DNA from: Myxococcota bacterium
GTDB taxonomy: Bacteria; Myxococcota; Kuafuiibacteriia; Kuafuiibacteriales; Kuafuiibacteriaceae
Direction of reading: 5' to 3'
DNA: 54,688 nt
NCBI GenBank assembly: GCA_039819565.1
Contig: JBCBRU010000002.1
Coordinates: 1-54,688, forward strand
Position numbers and translations under genes: made by a program
Notes under the pieces: generated by a model
The model's database searches: none
Seen by the model: only the letters and a program-made list of their open reading frames with translations
Told to the model about the DNA's origin: nothing
Shown: positions 36,595-45,679 of the stretch, piece by piece
Numbering within the stretch: position 1 is the first letter of the stretch
Layout of the letters: the number at the start of each line of letters is the position of its first letter

Positions 36595-37592
36595 GGAGGG
36601 CGCCGGATCCGCTGGAGCTCGGCGGCCACGAGCAAGCCAAGAGCACGGTGAACGGCGCGTCCGGGGTGGCAGTGGTCGTAATCCGCGGGGTCCTCGCTGA
36701 GGCCGGCGATATCCAGGAGCGGCAGCCCCTGTTGCCCGGCCTCCTCCAAAAAGGCGCGTCGAAAGGCGGTCAGCTTTGGGCCCCGCGGCGAGCCCTCGAG
36801 GGCGGGCCACGGCAGAGGCGGCACCACCACGGCCGGCACCCCGAGACTTGCCCACCGGGACCGGACCGCCGCCACCGCCGCCTCGGGCTCGATGTCTCCG
36901 GCCCAGTCGTTGATCCCCAGCTGCAGCACCGCCGCCCCCAGGTCGGGGGGAGCGCGGAGGTCCGGAACCGCCACCGCCTCGATGCCCGCGATGCCCGCAT
37001 TGTGGAGATCCAAGCCCATCGCGTCCGCAGCCACTCGAGGGAAGGCTTCGGACGGTCCGGCGAGATGTAAGCCCTGGGTCACGGAGTCTCCGAGGGCCCA
37101 CAGCACTCGACGCCGCGGCTCTTGGGGCTGAAGAGGACCGTCCGTCTCGAGGGCTACGAATCCGGCGGAGTGGGTCGCGGGGAGGTGTAGCCTCACGTAC
37201 GGGCTGGACCTCAGCTCGAAGACCAGATCGAACTCCAGGGCGTCGCCGGGCACGTGGGCGCGCGCCACGGGCTGTCCCTCTCGCTCCAGGTCGAAGACGG
37301 CCTCCTCGGCGTCATCGATCCTCCGCACCAATCGACCGCGCGCGCGGAGCCGCTGACACCCCAGGGTGCGGAGTTCGAGGGCTATCCCGGCGCTGGCCAG
37401 AGCCGAGGGCAGGGACCCCGTCCGTCCGAGCTGCTCGTAGACCTCGGGACCGAATCGACTACAGAACAAAGCGGGTCCGTCCGGCTGCACGTGATCGACG
37501 CCTCGGAGCCCCTGGGGCGGGATAGGAAACACCTCATATCCATCGACCCTCCTTCCCTCGGTTCGAGGCGCTTCGAATGCGCCTCTCGCCAC
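36558..37592 (-). CDS. SGNH/GDSL-family hydrolase with N-terminal beta-rich domain
   Basis: Block I VLWALGDSVTQG, block III GINDW, block V DHCHPG. GTG 37592 was chosen. The track start 37895 would overlap the divergent radical-SAM gene. The 3' end overlaps the convergent gene by 37 nt. Confidence 0.65.
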   Translation of the reverse strand: MARGAFEAPRTEGRRVDGYEVFPIPPQGLRGVDHVQPDGPALFCSRFGPEVYEQLGRTGSLPSALASAGIALELRTLGCQRLRARGRLVRRIDDAEEAVFDLEREGQPVARAHVPGDALEFDLVFELRSSPYVRLHLPATHSAGFVALETDGPLQPQEPRRRVLWALGDSVTQGLHLAGPSEAFPRVAADAMGLDLHNAGIAGIEAVAVPDLRAPPDLGAAVLQLGINDWAGDIEPEAAVAAVRSRWASLGVPAVVVPPLPWPALEGSPRGPKLTAFRRAFLEEAGQQGLPLLDIAGLSEDPADYDHCHPGRAVHRALGLLVAAELQRIRRPPQPAVTTIPATP

Positions 37593-37676
37593 GAAGCCGA
37601 GCTCCGTTCGGTAAGCCCTGCGCGGCGATCGTGTCCCACGTCGACTCGCGGGAGACGCGGCCGATGACCCCCGTAC

Positions 37677-39212
37677 GTGGATATCGCCCAGCCGGCGGAA
37701 GTCACCCGACGCGCCACCACCCTTCTCGGCGAAGGTCGTCCTCGGGAGACCCTCGATCTCGTCGGTGCGGCTCTCCGTGAGAGTCCCGGTTCCGCGGAGC
37801 TGTGGCACGTTCTGGGCGTGGCTCTCGCGACCTCCGGTCTCAACGAGCAGGCGGTGGAGGCTCTGGAGCGAGCGGTCCATCTCGAACCCACCCACACCGA
37901 GGCCCGGCGCAATCTAGCCGGCATCTACGGGCGCCTCGGGCGAGCCGGGGACCAGCGCCGCCATCTCGACCTCGCCCTGGCCGTGGCTCGGGGCCGGCTG
38001 GAGAACGAGCCGGAAGATCCCGAGGCTTGGCTTCACCTCGGCCTCAGCTACGAAGCCAACCATCGCGTCGGGGACGCCCTCGACTGCTTCCTGAAGGCCG
38101 CGCAATCCGGATGGTCAGACGCGCGTCTGAGCGGAGCCCTGGCCCGGGTGGGGCCGCCCGCGTACCTCGAGCCGACCCGCGTCGACCCGCTGAGCGGCCG
38201 CCGCCTCCGCCGTATTCGGCCCACCCAGGCCCAGGAGTACATCTATGTCGTGGAGGTCTCGGGGGTGTGCAACCTCAAGTGCCCCAGCTGCCCCACCGGA
38301 GCGCTCTCGAACCGAGGTCGCGCCAACGGGCTGATGACCGCGGAGATGTTTCGGAGCATCGTGGACAAGATCCTCGTCGAATCCCCCTCAGGATCGAAGA
38401 GTCACCTTTGGTTCTTCAACTGGGGCGAGCCCCTTCTCAACCCCGACCTCCCGGAGATGATCCGCTACGCCCGCGAGCACGGGCTCGAGACCATGGTCTC
38501 GAGCAACCTCAACCATGGCCGGGGTTTGGAGGAGATGGTCGCTGCGGGTCCGAGCACCCTCAAGCTCTCGATCTCCGGCTTCACCGAAGAGACCTACAGC
38601 CGCACGCACCGCCGCGGAAACCTCGAGAAGCTAAAGGCCAACATGCAAAAGCTCTCCGAGCTCGTGGAGCGCTCACCCTACTCGACCCAGGTCTGGGTAG
38701 GACAGCATGTGTACCGCACCAACCAGCCGGACCTCGCCGTCCTCGCCGAGAGCTGTCGTCAACTCGGGTTTCGGCACACGCCCATGCCGGCGGCGATCCT
38801 GTCCCTCGAAGGTACGATCGATCTCTTTCACGGACGCGGCTCTCCCGACGAGACCGCCACCGACGCGCTGCTCCTCACCCCCACCGCGGAGCGCGTGGCG
38901 CGAGGGCTGGAGACGGCCGATTTCGCGTCTGACTGCGAGCTTCGCTACAACATGACGTCCATCAACCCGGACGGCACGGTGGCGCTGTGCTGCGGGGTCT
39001 GGGCGCCGGAGAACATGCTCGGCGTGAGCTTCCTCGAGCACTCCCATGCAGAGCTCACGGAGCTCAAGTATCGACATCATTTCTGCGCCACGTGCTACGC
39101 CCACGGGCTCGCCTACGTGCCGCGCACCGAGGCCGACCCGACGCGGCTCGACCCGCCCCCGGAGCCGCCCCCGAAGCTCGTGCAGCTCCGTCCCACGCGC
39201 CGAAAGGGCTGA
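37677..39212 (+). CDS. TPR-repeat / radical SAM enzyme with partial SPASM(twitch)-like C-terminal domain
   Basis: GTG start. TPR-like repeats (AELWHVLGVALATSGLNEQAVEALERAVHLEP; PEAWLHLGLSYEANHRVGDALDCF). CxxxCxxC = CNLKCPSC. NWGEPLL. CELRYNMTSINPDGTVALCC (C-x12-G-x4-C) plus CATC. Confidence 0.8.
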   Translation: MDIAQPAEVTRRATTLLGEGRPRETLDLVGAALRESPGSAELWHVLGVALATSGLNEQAVEALERAVHLEPTHTEARRNLAGIYGRLGRAGDQRRHLDLALAVARGRLENEPEDPEAWLHLGLSYEANHRVGDALDCFLKAAQSGWSDARLSGALARVGPPAYLEPTRVDPLSGRRLRRIRPTQAQEYIYVVEVSGVCNLKCPSCPTGALSNRGRANGLMTAEMFRSIVDKILVESPSGSKSHLWFFNWGEPLLNPDLPEMIRYAREHGLETMVSSNLNHGRGLEEMVAAGPSTLKLSISGFTEETYSRTHRRGNLEKLKANMQKLSELVERSPYSTQVWVGQHVYRTNQPDLAVLAESCRQLGFRHTPMPAAILSLEGTIDLFHGRGSPDETATDALLLTPTAERVARGLETADFASDCELRYNMTSINPDGTVALCCGVWAPENMLGVSFLEHSHAELTELKYRHHFCATCYAHGLAYVPRTEADPTRLDPPPEPPPKLVQLRPTRRKG

Positions 39213-39237
39213 GCGAGCCCGGCCCGCAACGACGCCT

Positions 39238-39450
39238 CCTAGTACCTCGCCACAGGAGTCCTGACGGTTTGAGGCGGAGTCCTCGTTGGCCAGGGGCGTG
39301 CCGCTCCGCAGGGAGCTGGGTGGGCCCCAGCGACTTACGTCGCAGCAAGTGCGACGCGGGAGCCCGAAAGGGCGGCCGTAGGCCGCGGTGCGGGCCTGGT
39401 CGGCGAGGGCCCGCGTCAATCGATCAGGACTCCTGTGGCGAGGTACTAGG
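39238..39450. repeat. 213-bp element bounded by perfect 27-bp terminal inverted repeats (MITE-like element or giant bidirectional hairpin)
   Basis: CCTAGTACCTCGCCACAGGAGTCCTGA at 39238-39264 is the exact reverse complement of 39424-39450. The 159-bp interior has several short hairpins. The element lies between convergent genes, and the right arm contains the VOC gene's stop codon. Confidence 0.6.
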
Positions 39451-39865
39451 TGGCGAAGAGCATGGCGTCGTCCGCAAAGGCTTTCACTTCGAGGGCGTTG
39501 CCGCTCGGGTCGCGAAAGAACATCGTGGCCTGCTCCCCGGGCTGGCCCTCGAATCGCACCTGAGGCTCGAGTTCGAAGGTGGTGCCGGCCGCCTCCAGCC
39601 TTTTGGCCAGGGAGCGCCAGGCGTTCATGGTCAGCACCACGCCGAAGTGAGGGACGGGCACCGCTTTTCGGTCCACGTCGGTCGCGATCTCCGGCCTTGG
39701 GTGGCCGTCGAGGTGAGCCACGATCTGGTGGCCGAAGAAGTCGAAGTCGACCCAGCGCTCGGCGCTACGTCCCTCACGGCAGCCGAGAAGGTCGCCGTAG
39801 AAGGCACGGGCCGCCTGCAGGTCATGGACGGGGAAGGCCAGATGGAACGGTCGCAGTTCAGTCAT
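39446..39865 (-). CDS. VOC-family (glyoxalase/dioxygenase fold) protein
   Basis: [29 protein letters not shown] and [16 protein letters not shown]. Confidence 0.85.
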   Translation of the reverse strand: MTELRPFHLAFPVHDLQAARAFYGDLLGCREGRSAERWVDFDFFGHQIVAHLDGHPRPEIATDVDRKAVPVPHFGVVLTMNAWRSLAKRLEAAGTTFELEPQVRFEGQPGEQATMFFRDPSGNALEVKAFADDAMLFAT

Positions 39866-39936
39866 GGACGGGATTCTACGCCTTCATCAGGTCGATGTTC
39901 GCCTCCGTGCTGCCCCATGGCGTACTCTGCGTAGCC

Positions 39937-42930
39937 ATGGCGAGGACACACGCCACCCTCGGGATCGTCCTCGCCCTCGTCGGCTGCCAGGACGCCGTCC
40001 TCAACCGCCTCGGCGCCACCTTGATCGCCCCGGAGGAGGTCGACCTGGGTCGTCTGGCCCCCGGCCTGGTGCGCGAGGTCGTGGTGCCTCTCCAGAACCA
40101 AGCCCCTGCCGGCGAAGCCTCATCGGCGCTCCGCATCACCGACGTTCGCATCGAGCCGGCGCAGGAGGGTCTTTCGGTGACGGAGGCCCCCTCGGCGCTC
40201 GTAGCGGGGGGGAGCGGCGAAATCCGCCTGCGCTTCGCCCCTCTCGAGCTTGGGAGCCGAGAGACCCGCCTCATCCTCGACTGTGACTCGGAGCAGACGC
40301 CCACCGTGTCGGTGCGGTTGTCCGGAGAGGTGGACCGCGATGCCCTGGTGGTGTCGAGCCCCCTCGATTTTGGTGCGGTGCGGCTGGGAGACGCGCGGGT
40401 CCTCGCCCTGGAGGTCACCAACCACGTCTCGGTGGACGTCGACCTTCGGGTTCCCGTCGACGGCCGAGGGGTGCCGCTCATCAACGGTGAGGGCTTCTCA
40501 GTGGCTCCGACGGGCACCGGCGATCTCGACGCGGACGGTCGGTGGAGCCGGCTCGGCCCGGGCGAGACGGCGAGCCTCCCCCTCCGCTTTGCCCCCGTGG
40601 CGGACGGGTCCTTCGAAGGACAGTTTGCGGTGGAAGCCTGCGAAAGCGCGCTGTGCCGGCGCTCGGTCGCTCTCCTCGGCGAAGGGGTGCAGACGGCCTT
40701 GCGCTGTGAGCCAAGTCCTCTCGACTTCGGCAGCGTTCGCCCCGGCGGATCGCGGTCGGTCGTTCTCACGTGCGAAAACCCCACCCACCGGTCCCTCAAC
40801 TTGGTGAGATCGGAGGTCGTGGGTGACGCGGCGCCCCGCTTCTCGATGGGACCGCCCGAGGGCACCCTCGAGGCGGGCCGATCGATCGCGCTCCCGATCG
40901 AGGTGCGTCCGCTGAGCCAAGACCGAGGACGGGCCCTCCGGCCCAGCGCTCTGGTGGAAGCCCAGGCTCCGAACGGGCCCTTCGAGCAGGTCTTCGTCCC
41001 GCTGCAGGTCCAGGTGGCGCGCGCAGAGCTGCAGGTCCTACCCGCTCGGCTGGCCTTCGGCAGGGTGCCGGTGGGACTCGACGTGGTCCGCCAAGTGGTC
41101 CTGGTCAACGCGGGGGACCGCCCGGTGACGATCGCCGAAGCTCGCGTCTCGGGGGTCCCGTTCTCCGGCGGCGTGGTCCGCCGCGTGCTCTCCCCCGGGG
41201 CGGCGTTGGCGGTGCCGGTCACGGTCCGGCCCAGCGCCGAGGGCGATCTGAACGCATCTCTCTACATCGACGTCGACGACCCCGAGATCTCCGATGTCAC
41301 CGTGCCGCTCGAAGCCACCGCGCTTCTGCTTCCGCCCTGCCGGGTGAACGCCACCCCCGGTCAGCTGAGCTTCGGCTTCGTGGGGCTGGGTGAGACCCGC
41401 CGCCGCGCCGTGGCGGTCACCAACGTAGCGCCGTACGACTGCCTCCTGCGCGAGCTCCGGGTCGAAGGCGATGACTTCTCCGTCGTGCCCCTCGAGGGGG
41501 CCGACGCTTTCCTCGGGCCGGGTCAGCGGATCCTGCTCGAGGTGGACGCGAGCCCCACCGCGTCCGGCGAGCATCGGGGTCAGCTCAGCTTCCTGGTCTC
41601 CGACCCTACCCAACCCATGCGGCGGGTGGATCTGAGCGTGCTGTCCGGGGTGGGGGCGCTGCGCTTGGACCCGGACCGGGTCGACTTCGGTGCTCTGCCC
41701 CCCGGCTGCGAGAGCGCGCCGCGGTCGATCTGGATCCGAAACCTCGGGACGGCGCCGGTGGGTCTGGCCTCGTTGCGCATCGACCCCGGGCCCTTCGTCT
41801 TGAGCGCCCCCTCCGGCCTGCCGGGCCCCACCGGTCCCGTCACGACCCTCGGTGGGGGGCAGAGCGTGGCCCTCTCCGTCCGCTACGCGCCGACCGAGGT
41901 CGAAGTGGCGAACCCCCGTCTGCTCACGGTGCAGCGGGACGGGCCGGGCGAGCTCGTGACCGCAGAGCTCCTCGGCGCGTCGACGCAGGGCACGGTCACA
42001 GATCGTCATCGACAGGGCCCCGCCGGCGCCGTCGACGTCCTCTTCGTCCTCGACAACAGCCTCTCGATGGAACGCGAGCAGGGCCACGTCATCGCCAACG
42101 CAGGGCGGTTTCTCGAGGTGCTGGAGACGGCCGGCGCCGACTACCAGCTGGCCGTGGTGTCTACCGACATGGAAGGGTCCGCGAACGCCGCCTGCCCCCA
42201 GACGGGGACCCGGCCTGCTGGCCTCGCCGAGGGCGCCTGCGGGTTCTTCTCGGAAGGCGACGCTACGGACGCGCAGGCGAGCTGGCGCATCGTGGACGCG
42301 GCGGATCTCCCGTCGCCGCGAGCCGCCTTTGCCCGGGTCGCCAATCTCGGGCTGGGAGGCTCGGCTCGAGAGTCGGGGCTCCTCGCCGCCGCCACCGCTT
42401 TGGCGGGACCTCCCGCGCGCGGCCACAACCTCGGTTTCGTGCGTCCGGACGCCCATCTCGCTCTGATCTTCATTTCCGACGAGGAGGATCAGTCCAGCCT
42501 CGACGTTGACGGTTTCGCGGCTCGGTTGGTGGCGCTCCGGGGGACCGCGGCTCTCGAGCGGACGACGGTGAGCGCGGTGGTCACGACCGGGGCCGCCTGC
42601 GGCCTCGACACGGGACTTCGCTACCAGGCCCTGGCCGATCGGTTCGGGGGTTTGGTGGCTTCGATCTGCACGCCGGACTGGTCGGATCTGGTCGTCGATC
42701 TCGCGGAGCGGGCTTTGGGCCTCCGTTCCCGTTTTCCGCTCCGCTCCGACCCGGCCCCGGGCTCCCTCGAGGTGCGCGTGGATGGTCAGCTCGTGCCCGA
42801 GGTCGTGGGTCCGACCCAGCGCCGTCTCTGGACCTTGCTCGCCGAGGATCGGGCTGTGGTCTTCGAGCCGGAGGCGATCCCGCCGGACGGGGTCGAGGTC
42901 ACGCTGAGCTACCGCCCGACCTGTCCATGA
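39937..42930 (+). CDS. large lipoprotein: repeated beta-sandwich (ASPM-SPD2-Hydin/choice-of-anchor-D-like) modules plus C-terminal vWA-like domain
   Basis: ATG 39937 gives MARTHATLGIVLALVGC. The upstream part of the 1180-aa track ORF overlaps the VOC gene on the other strand. Modules of ~100 aa recur with the LDFG.V..G pattern. vWA/MIDAS-like VLFVLDNSLSM. Confidence 0.8.
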   Translation: MARTHATLGIVLALVGCQDAVLNRLGATLIAPEEVDLGRLAPGLVREVVVPLQNQAPAGEASSALRITDVRIEPAQEGLSVTEAPSALVAGGSGEIRLRFAPLELGSRETRLILDCDSEQTPTVSVRLSGEVDRDALVVSSPLDFGAVRLGDARVLALEVTNHVSVDVDLRVPVDGRGVPLINGEGFSVAPTGTGDLDADGRWSRLGPGETASLPLRFAPVADGSFEGQFAVEACESALCRRSVALLGEGVQTALRCEPSPLDFGSVRPGGSRSVVLTCENPTHRSLNLVRSEVVGDAAPRFSMGPPEGTLEAGRSIALPIEVRPLSQDRGRALRPSALVEAQAPNGPFEQVFVPLQVQVARAELQVLPARLAFGRVPVGLDVVRQVVLVNAGDRPVTIAEARVSGVPFSGGVVRRVLSPGAALAVPVTVRPSAEGDLNASLYIDVDDPEISDVTVPLEATALLLPPCRVNATPGQLSFGFVGLGETRRRAVAVTNVAPYDCLLRELRVEGDDFSVVPLEGADAFLGPGQRILLEVDASPTASGEHRGQLSFLVSDPTQPMRRVDLSVLSGVGALRLDPDRVDFGALPPGCESAPRSIWIRNLGTAPVGLASLRIDPGPFVLSAPSGLPGPTGPVTTLGGGQSVALSVRYAPTEVEVANPRLLTVQRDGPGELVTAELLGASTQGTVTDRHRQGPAGAVDVLFVLDNSLSMEREQGHVIANAGRFLEVLETAGADYQLAVVSTDMEGSANAACPQTGTRPAGLAEGACGFFSEGDATDAQASWRIVDAADLPSPRAAFARVANLGLGGSARESGLLAAATALAGPPARGHNLGFVRPDAHLALIFISDEEDQSSLDVDGFAARLVALRGTAALERTTVSAVVTTGAACGLDTGLRYQALADRFGGLVASICTPDWSDLVVDLAERALGLRSRFPLRSDPAPGSLEVRVDGQLVPEVVGPTQRRLWTLLAEDRAVVFEPEAIPPDGVEVTLSYRPTCP

Positions 42931-43051
42931 GCTTGCGGCCCGGCTGAGGTTCGCCGGGCGAACGGCGAACGGCGAACGACGAACGTGCAGTCCTCAATCC
43001 CTGGGATCTCTGGGCCCGCCTCTCGGCACGCTTCTTGGTTCGGAAGGAGGC

Positions 43052-45679
43052 GTGAAATGCTCCCACCGCCCGGACGCAACCGGGTCTGCCTGCGCTCTGC
43101 CCCATCCGCCTCCGAACGCGCCCCCGAAAGCGCTCCCGGAGGCGCCGCCTCAGGTCCCGCAGGACGGCGCGGACACGGCGCGCCCTCCCGCTATCCCGCG
43201 GGTGGAGGTGCCTCCGCCGTCCTTCGCTTCTTCCCCCCTCCCGCTCTTCGAGGGGCTGGCCGGCACCCTCCAGCTCTACCTCCACGAGGTCGAGGCCGGG
43301 GGCTACGCACCTTTCTTCGATACGCTGCGCCGGGCTGCAGCCGAGATCACCTCCGGGCAGGTCGGCTCGAGACCTCGAGCCTACGAGCTTCGAAGCGCCG
43401 CCCACCTGATCGCCGCGGCCGCCCTCGACGCCGTGAGCTCGGGGGCTGTGCACCCTGACGGCAGCAACCTCCTGGACGCGGTTCGCTCTCGGCTCGGCGA
43501 CCCCACTTTCAACCTCGAAGAAGCGGCCCGTCGGCTCGACGCCCACCCGGACTGGCAGGAACGACCCGGGATCTCGGTGCTCGAGGACGGGCGCTTCGAA
43601 CCCCTGACGGGCGACCGGGCGTGGTCGTGGTCCGAGATGGGGGTCGAGAACGCGCTCTGGCCCCGCGAGCACGCCCTCGAGCTTCTCAACACGCAGCGAC
43701 TCTCGCGCCTGGTCACGCTCGTGGGCGGCGGCGCCTCGCCTTCCGATCGTGCGGTGCTCCGCGCCGAGGCCCTGATGGCGCCTTCCGATCTCGACTCGGC
43801 GCCGGCCGGGGGTCTCTATGCGCTCGCCCAGGCCTTCTTCGTCCCGGTGGCGGAGCTCGACGCCTCCGCCCTCGAGGCCGAGATTCGTCGCCGTGTGGAC
43901 GCCGGCTTCGTGCCTCTTCGCTCCGAGGCCGCGCAGGTAGCCCTGCATGGTCTGCTCTCCGAGCCGGCCGGAGCCTGGGCCGAGCGGGCCGAGGCGACAG
44001 GGGGGTGGCAGGCGCATGCGCGGCACCTCGCGGACAGCTTGACCAAGACCGCGGCGGCCGGGCTCGTCTCCTACGGCGCCGGAGCGGCGGTGGGGATGGC
44101 CTTCGGGGGAGCTACCCGCCTCGCCACCGCAGCCCGCTTCGTGACGACCAGCGGGACCTTCAGCACCGTGCTCGCCGCTTCCGACGGCGACTTCAGCTCG
44201 CGGCGCTACGCCCGCGACATGACCTTGTTCGCGGTCCTCGGAGGATTCAGTCGGGTCATGGCCACCCGGCTCGCGCACCTCCCGCCCACGGTGCGCTTCG
44301 GGGCGAGCTCGAGTCTCGCCGCGGTCGTGCTGACCGCAGGTGAAGTGGCCGCGCAGCTCGGCCGCAGTTCGGACGTCGGCCTCAAAGAGGTGGGCCAGCG
44401 CTTTCTCGAGCACCTCGCCCACGTGGTGGTGCTTCACGGCATGCACGTGCGCTTGGCTCGGCTCGAGGCGCGCATCGGAGAGGCGCTGGCGCGCCCATCT
44501 CAGCCCGCTCCGGGCCAGCGCTCGGCTCAGGAGCCCGCGGCGGGCGAGAGCGCACGGACGGCCACCGAGACAGATCGTCGGAGCCTGGAGGATACGCTCG
44601 GGGGAATCGAGTCAGCCCTCAAAGCCGCCGGCGATCGCACCGAGGCTCTGGTGGAGGCGGTGGCTCGCGCCGACGCGCCGCGGGCGGCCCAGCTCGAAGC
44701 GGAGATCGGCCAGGCTCTGGATCGGGCCGAGGCTCTCGAGGCTTCGGCGGTCGAGCTCGCGGAGCGCCTCGCCCCCGGGGAGGGGGCCTCTCTGGCCGCG
44801 TTCGCGCAGGCGCAGAGGAGCGCCTGGAACTTCGCCGTGACCCCGGGCCGCCGTCCTCAGATCGAGGTGGCGGAGGCGTGGCGCTCCGCGGAGGCGGGGT
44901 CGCTCGGGACGCCCGTCGCGCAGAGGGAGGGCATTCAGGTGCGAGACGTCAGCGCCATCAAGCACAGCTCGGACACTCGAGGCCTATGGTCGAAGAGCAT
45001 GGAGCGGCACATCGAGGCTCTGGTCGGCGAGCTCCGCGGGGGCCAGCTGACCTCCTTCGAGGAAGCGCTGGGCCGGATGTCCGGCATCGCCGCCGACGCT
45101 GCCCGAGTGGCTCGGCGCAACGACGGTCGCTGGGCGGCTTTCGGTGAGGACCGGCGGACGCTGCCCGACGAGGTCGCGACTTGGACCCCGCTCGGCGGTC
45201 ACCCCCCGTATGCGGAGCCCGCCGGTTGGGTCATCTCGCGGGAGGGCCAATTCAGCCGAGCCCCGAACCCCGCGGGTCCGGTCCCCCGTCTCTCGTCCGC
45301 GATGGGTTGGCTCCACCCCAACCCGGTCGAGCTCGCTCGGGCTCTCCCGGCGCTCGAGAGCGTCTACCAGCGCGCCCGCTCCGCTTCCTCTCGAAGCGAG
45401 CTCGTGGAGGCCGTGGCGGAGCTTCAGTGGCGCGCCTACAACCTCATGCCCTTTTCTCGCGGGAGCGCCTCCGCCGTGGACGCGCTCGGTCGCGGACTGC
45501 TCCTCGCAGGAGGCGACGGAGGGGCGTCCGTCGTGCAGCCGGGCCGGTGGCGGATCGGGGTGGCGCCTGATCTGGAGGCCTTCCTGCGCCCGCTGGATAG
45601 ATACGTGGCCGACTATCCCTCGCTCTACGACCCGCTTCCTTCCGCCGAGCCTCAACCGAAGGTAGCCGTCGGATACTAG
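43052..45679 (+). CDS. large hypothetical protein (875 aa), no recognised family
   Basis: This is the only frame with G/C-rich third positions. GTG 43052 is the first in-frame start, but the SD GGAAGGAGG ends 1 nt upstream, so the start is uncertain. Pro-rich N-terminus, central Gly/Ala-rich hydrophobic segments, an Ala/Glu-rich coiled-coil-like stretch, and a C-terminal region with ELQWRAYNLMPFSRGSASAVDALGRGLL. Confidence 0.65.
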   Translation: MKCSHRPDATGSACALPHPPPNAPPKALPEAPPQVPQDGADTARPPAIPRVEVPPPSFASSPLPLFEGLAGTLQLYLHEVEAGGYAPFFDTLRRAAAEITSGQVGSRPRAYELRSAAHLIAAAALDAVSSGAVHPDGSNLLDAVRSRLGDPTFNLEEAARRLDAHPDWQERPGISVLEDGRFEPLTGDRAWSWSEMGVENALWPREHALELLNTQRLSRLVTLVGGGASPSDRAVLRAEALMAPSDLDSAPAGGLYALAQAFFVPVAELDASALEAEIRRRVDAGFVPLRSEAAQVALHGLLSEPAGAWAERAEATGGWQAHARHLADSLTKTAAAGLVSYGAGAAVGMAFGGATRLATAARFVTTSGTFSTVLAASDGDFSSRRYARDMTLFAVLGGFSRVMATRLAHLPPTVRFGASSSLAAVVLTAGEVAAQLGRSSDVGLKEVGQRFLEHLAHVVVLHGMHVRLARLEARIGEALARPSQPAPGQRSAQEPAAGESARTATETDRRSLEDTLGGIESALKAAGDRTEALVEAVARADAPRAAQLEAEIGQALDRAEALEASAVELAERLAPGEGASLAAFAQAQRSAWNFAVTPGRRPQIEVAEAWRSAEAGSLGTPVAQREGIQVRDVSAIKHSSDTRGLWSKSMERHIEALVGELRGGQLTSFEEALGRMSGIAADAARVARRNDGRWAAFGEDRRTLPDEVATWTPLGGHPPYAEPAGWVISREGQFSRAPNPAGPVPRLSSAMGWLHPNPVELARALPALESVYQRARSASSRSELVEAVAELQWRAYNLMPFSRGSASAVDALGRGLLLAGGDGGASVVQPGRWRIGVAPDLEAFLRPLDRYVADYPSLYDPLPSAEPQPKVAVGY

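Noticed and set aside
39388-39936. N-terminal extension making the vWA lipoprotein 1180 aa
   Set aside because: It overlaps the VOC gene on the opposite strand and is Arg/Pro/Gly-rich. ATG 39937 gives a classic lipoprotein signal.
43041-43458. Possible frameshift: an ideally spaced SD (GGAAGGAGG-6 nt-ATG 43057) opens a 134-codon ORF in a different frame from the 875-aa ORF
   Set aside because: By hand count of the first 40 codons, third positions are about 80% G/C in the long-ORF frame against about 67% in the ATG 43057 frame. The latter also translates to Arg/Gly/Pro-rich sequence. The evidence is insufficient for a frameshift or sequencing error. The true start of the 875-aa gene remains uncertain.
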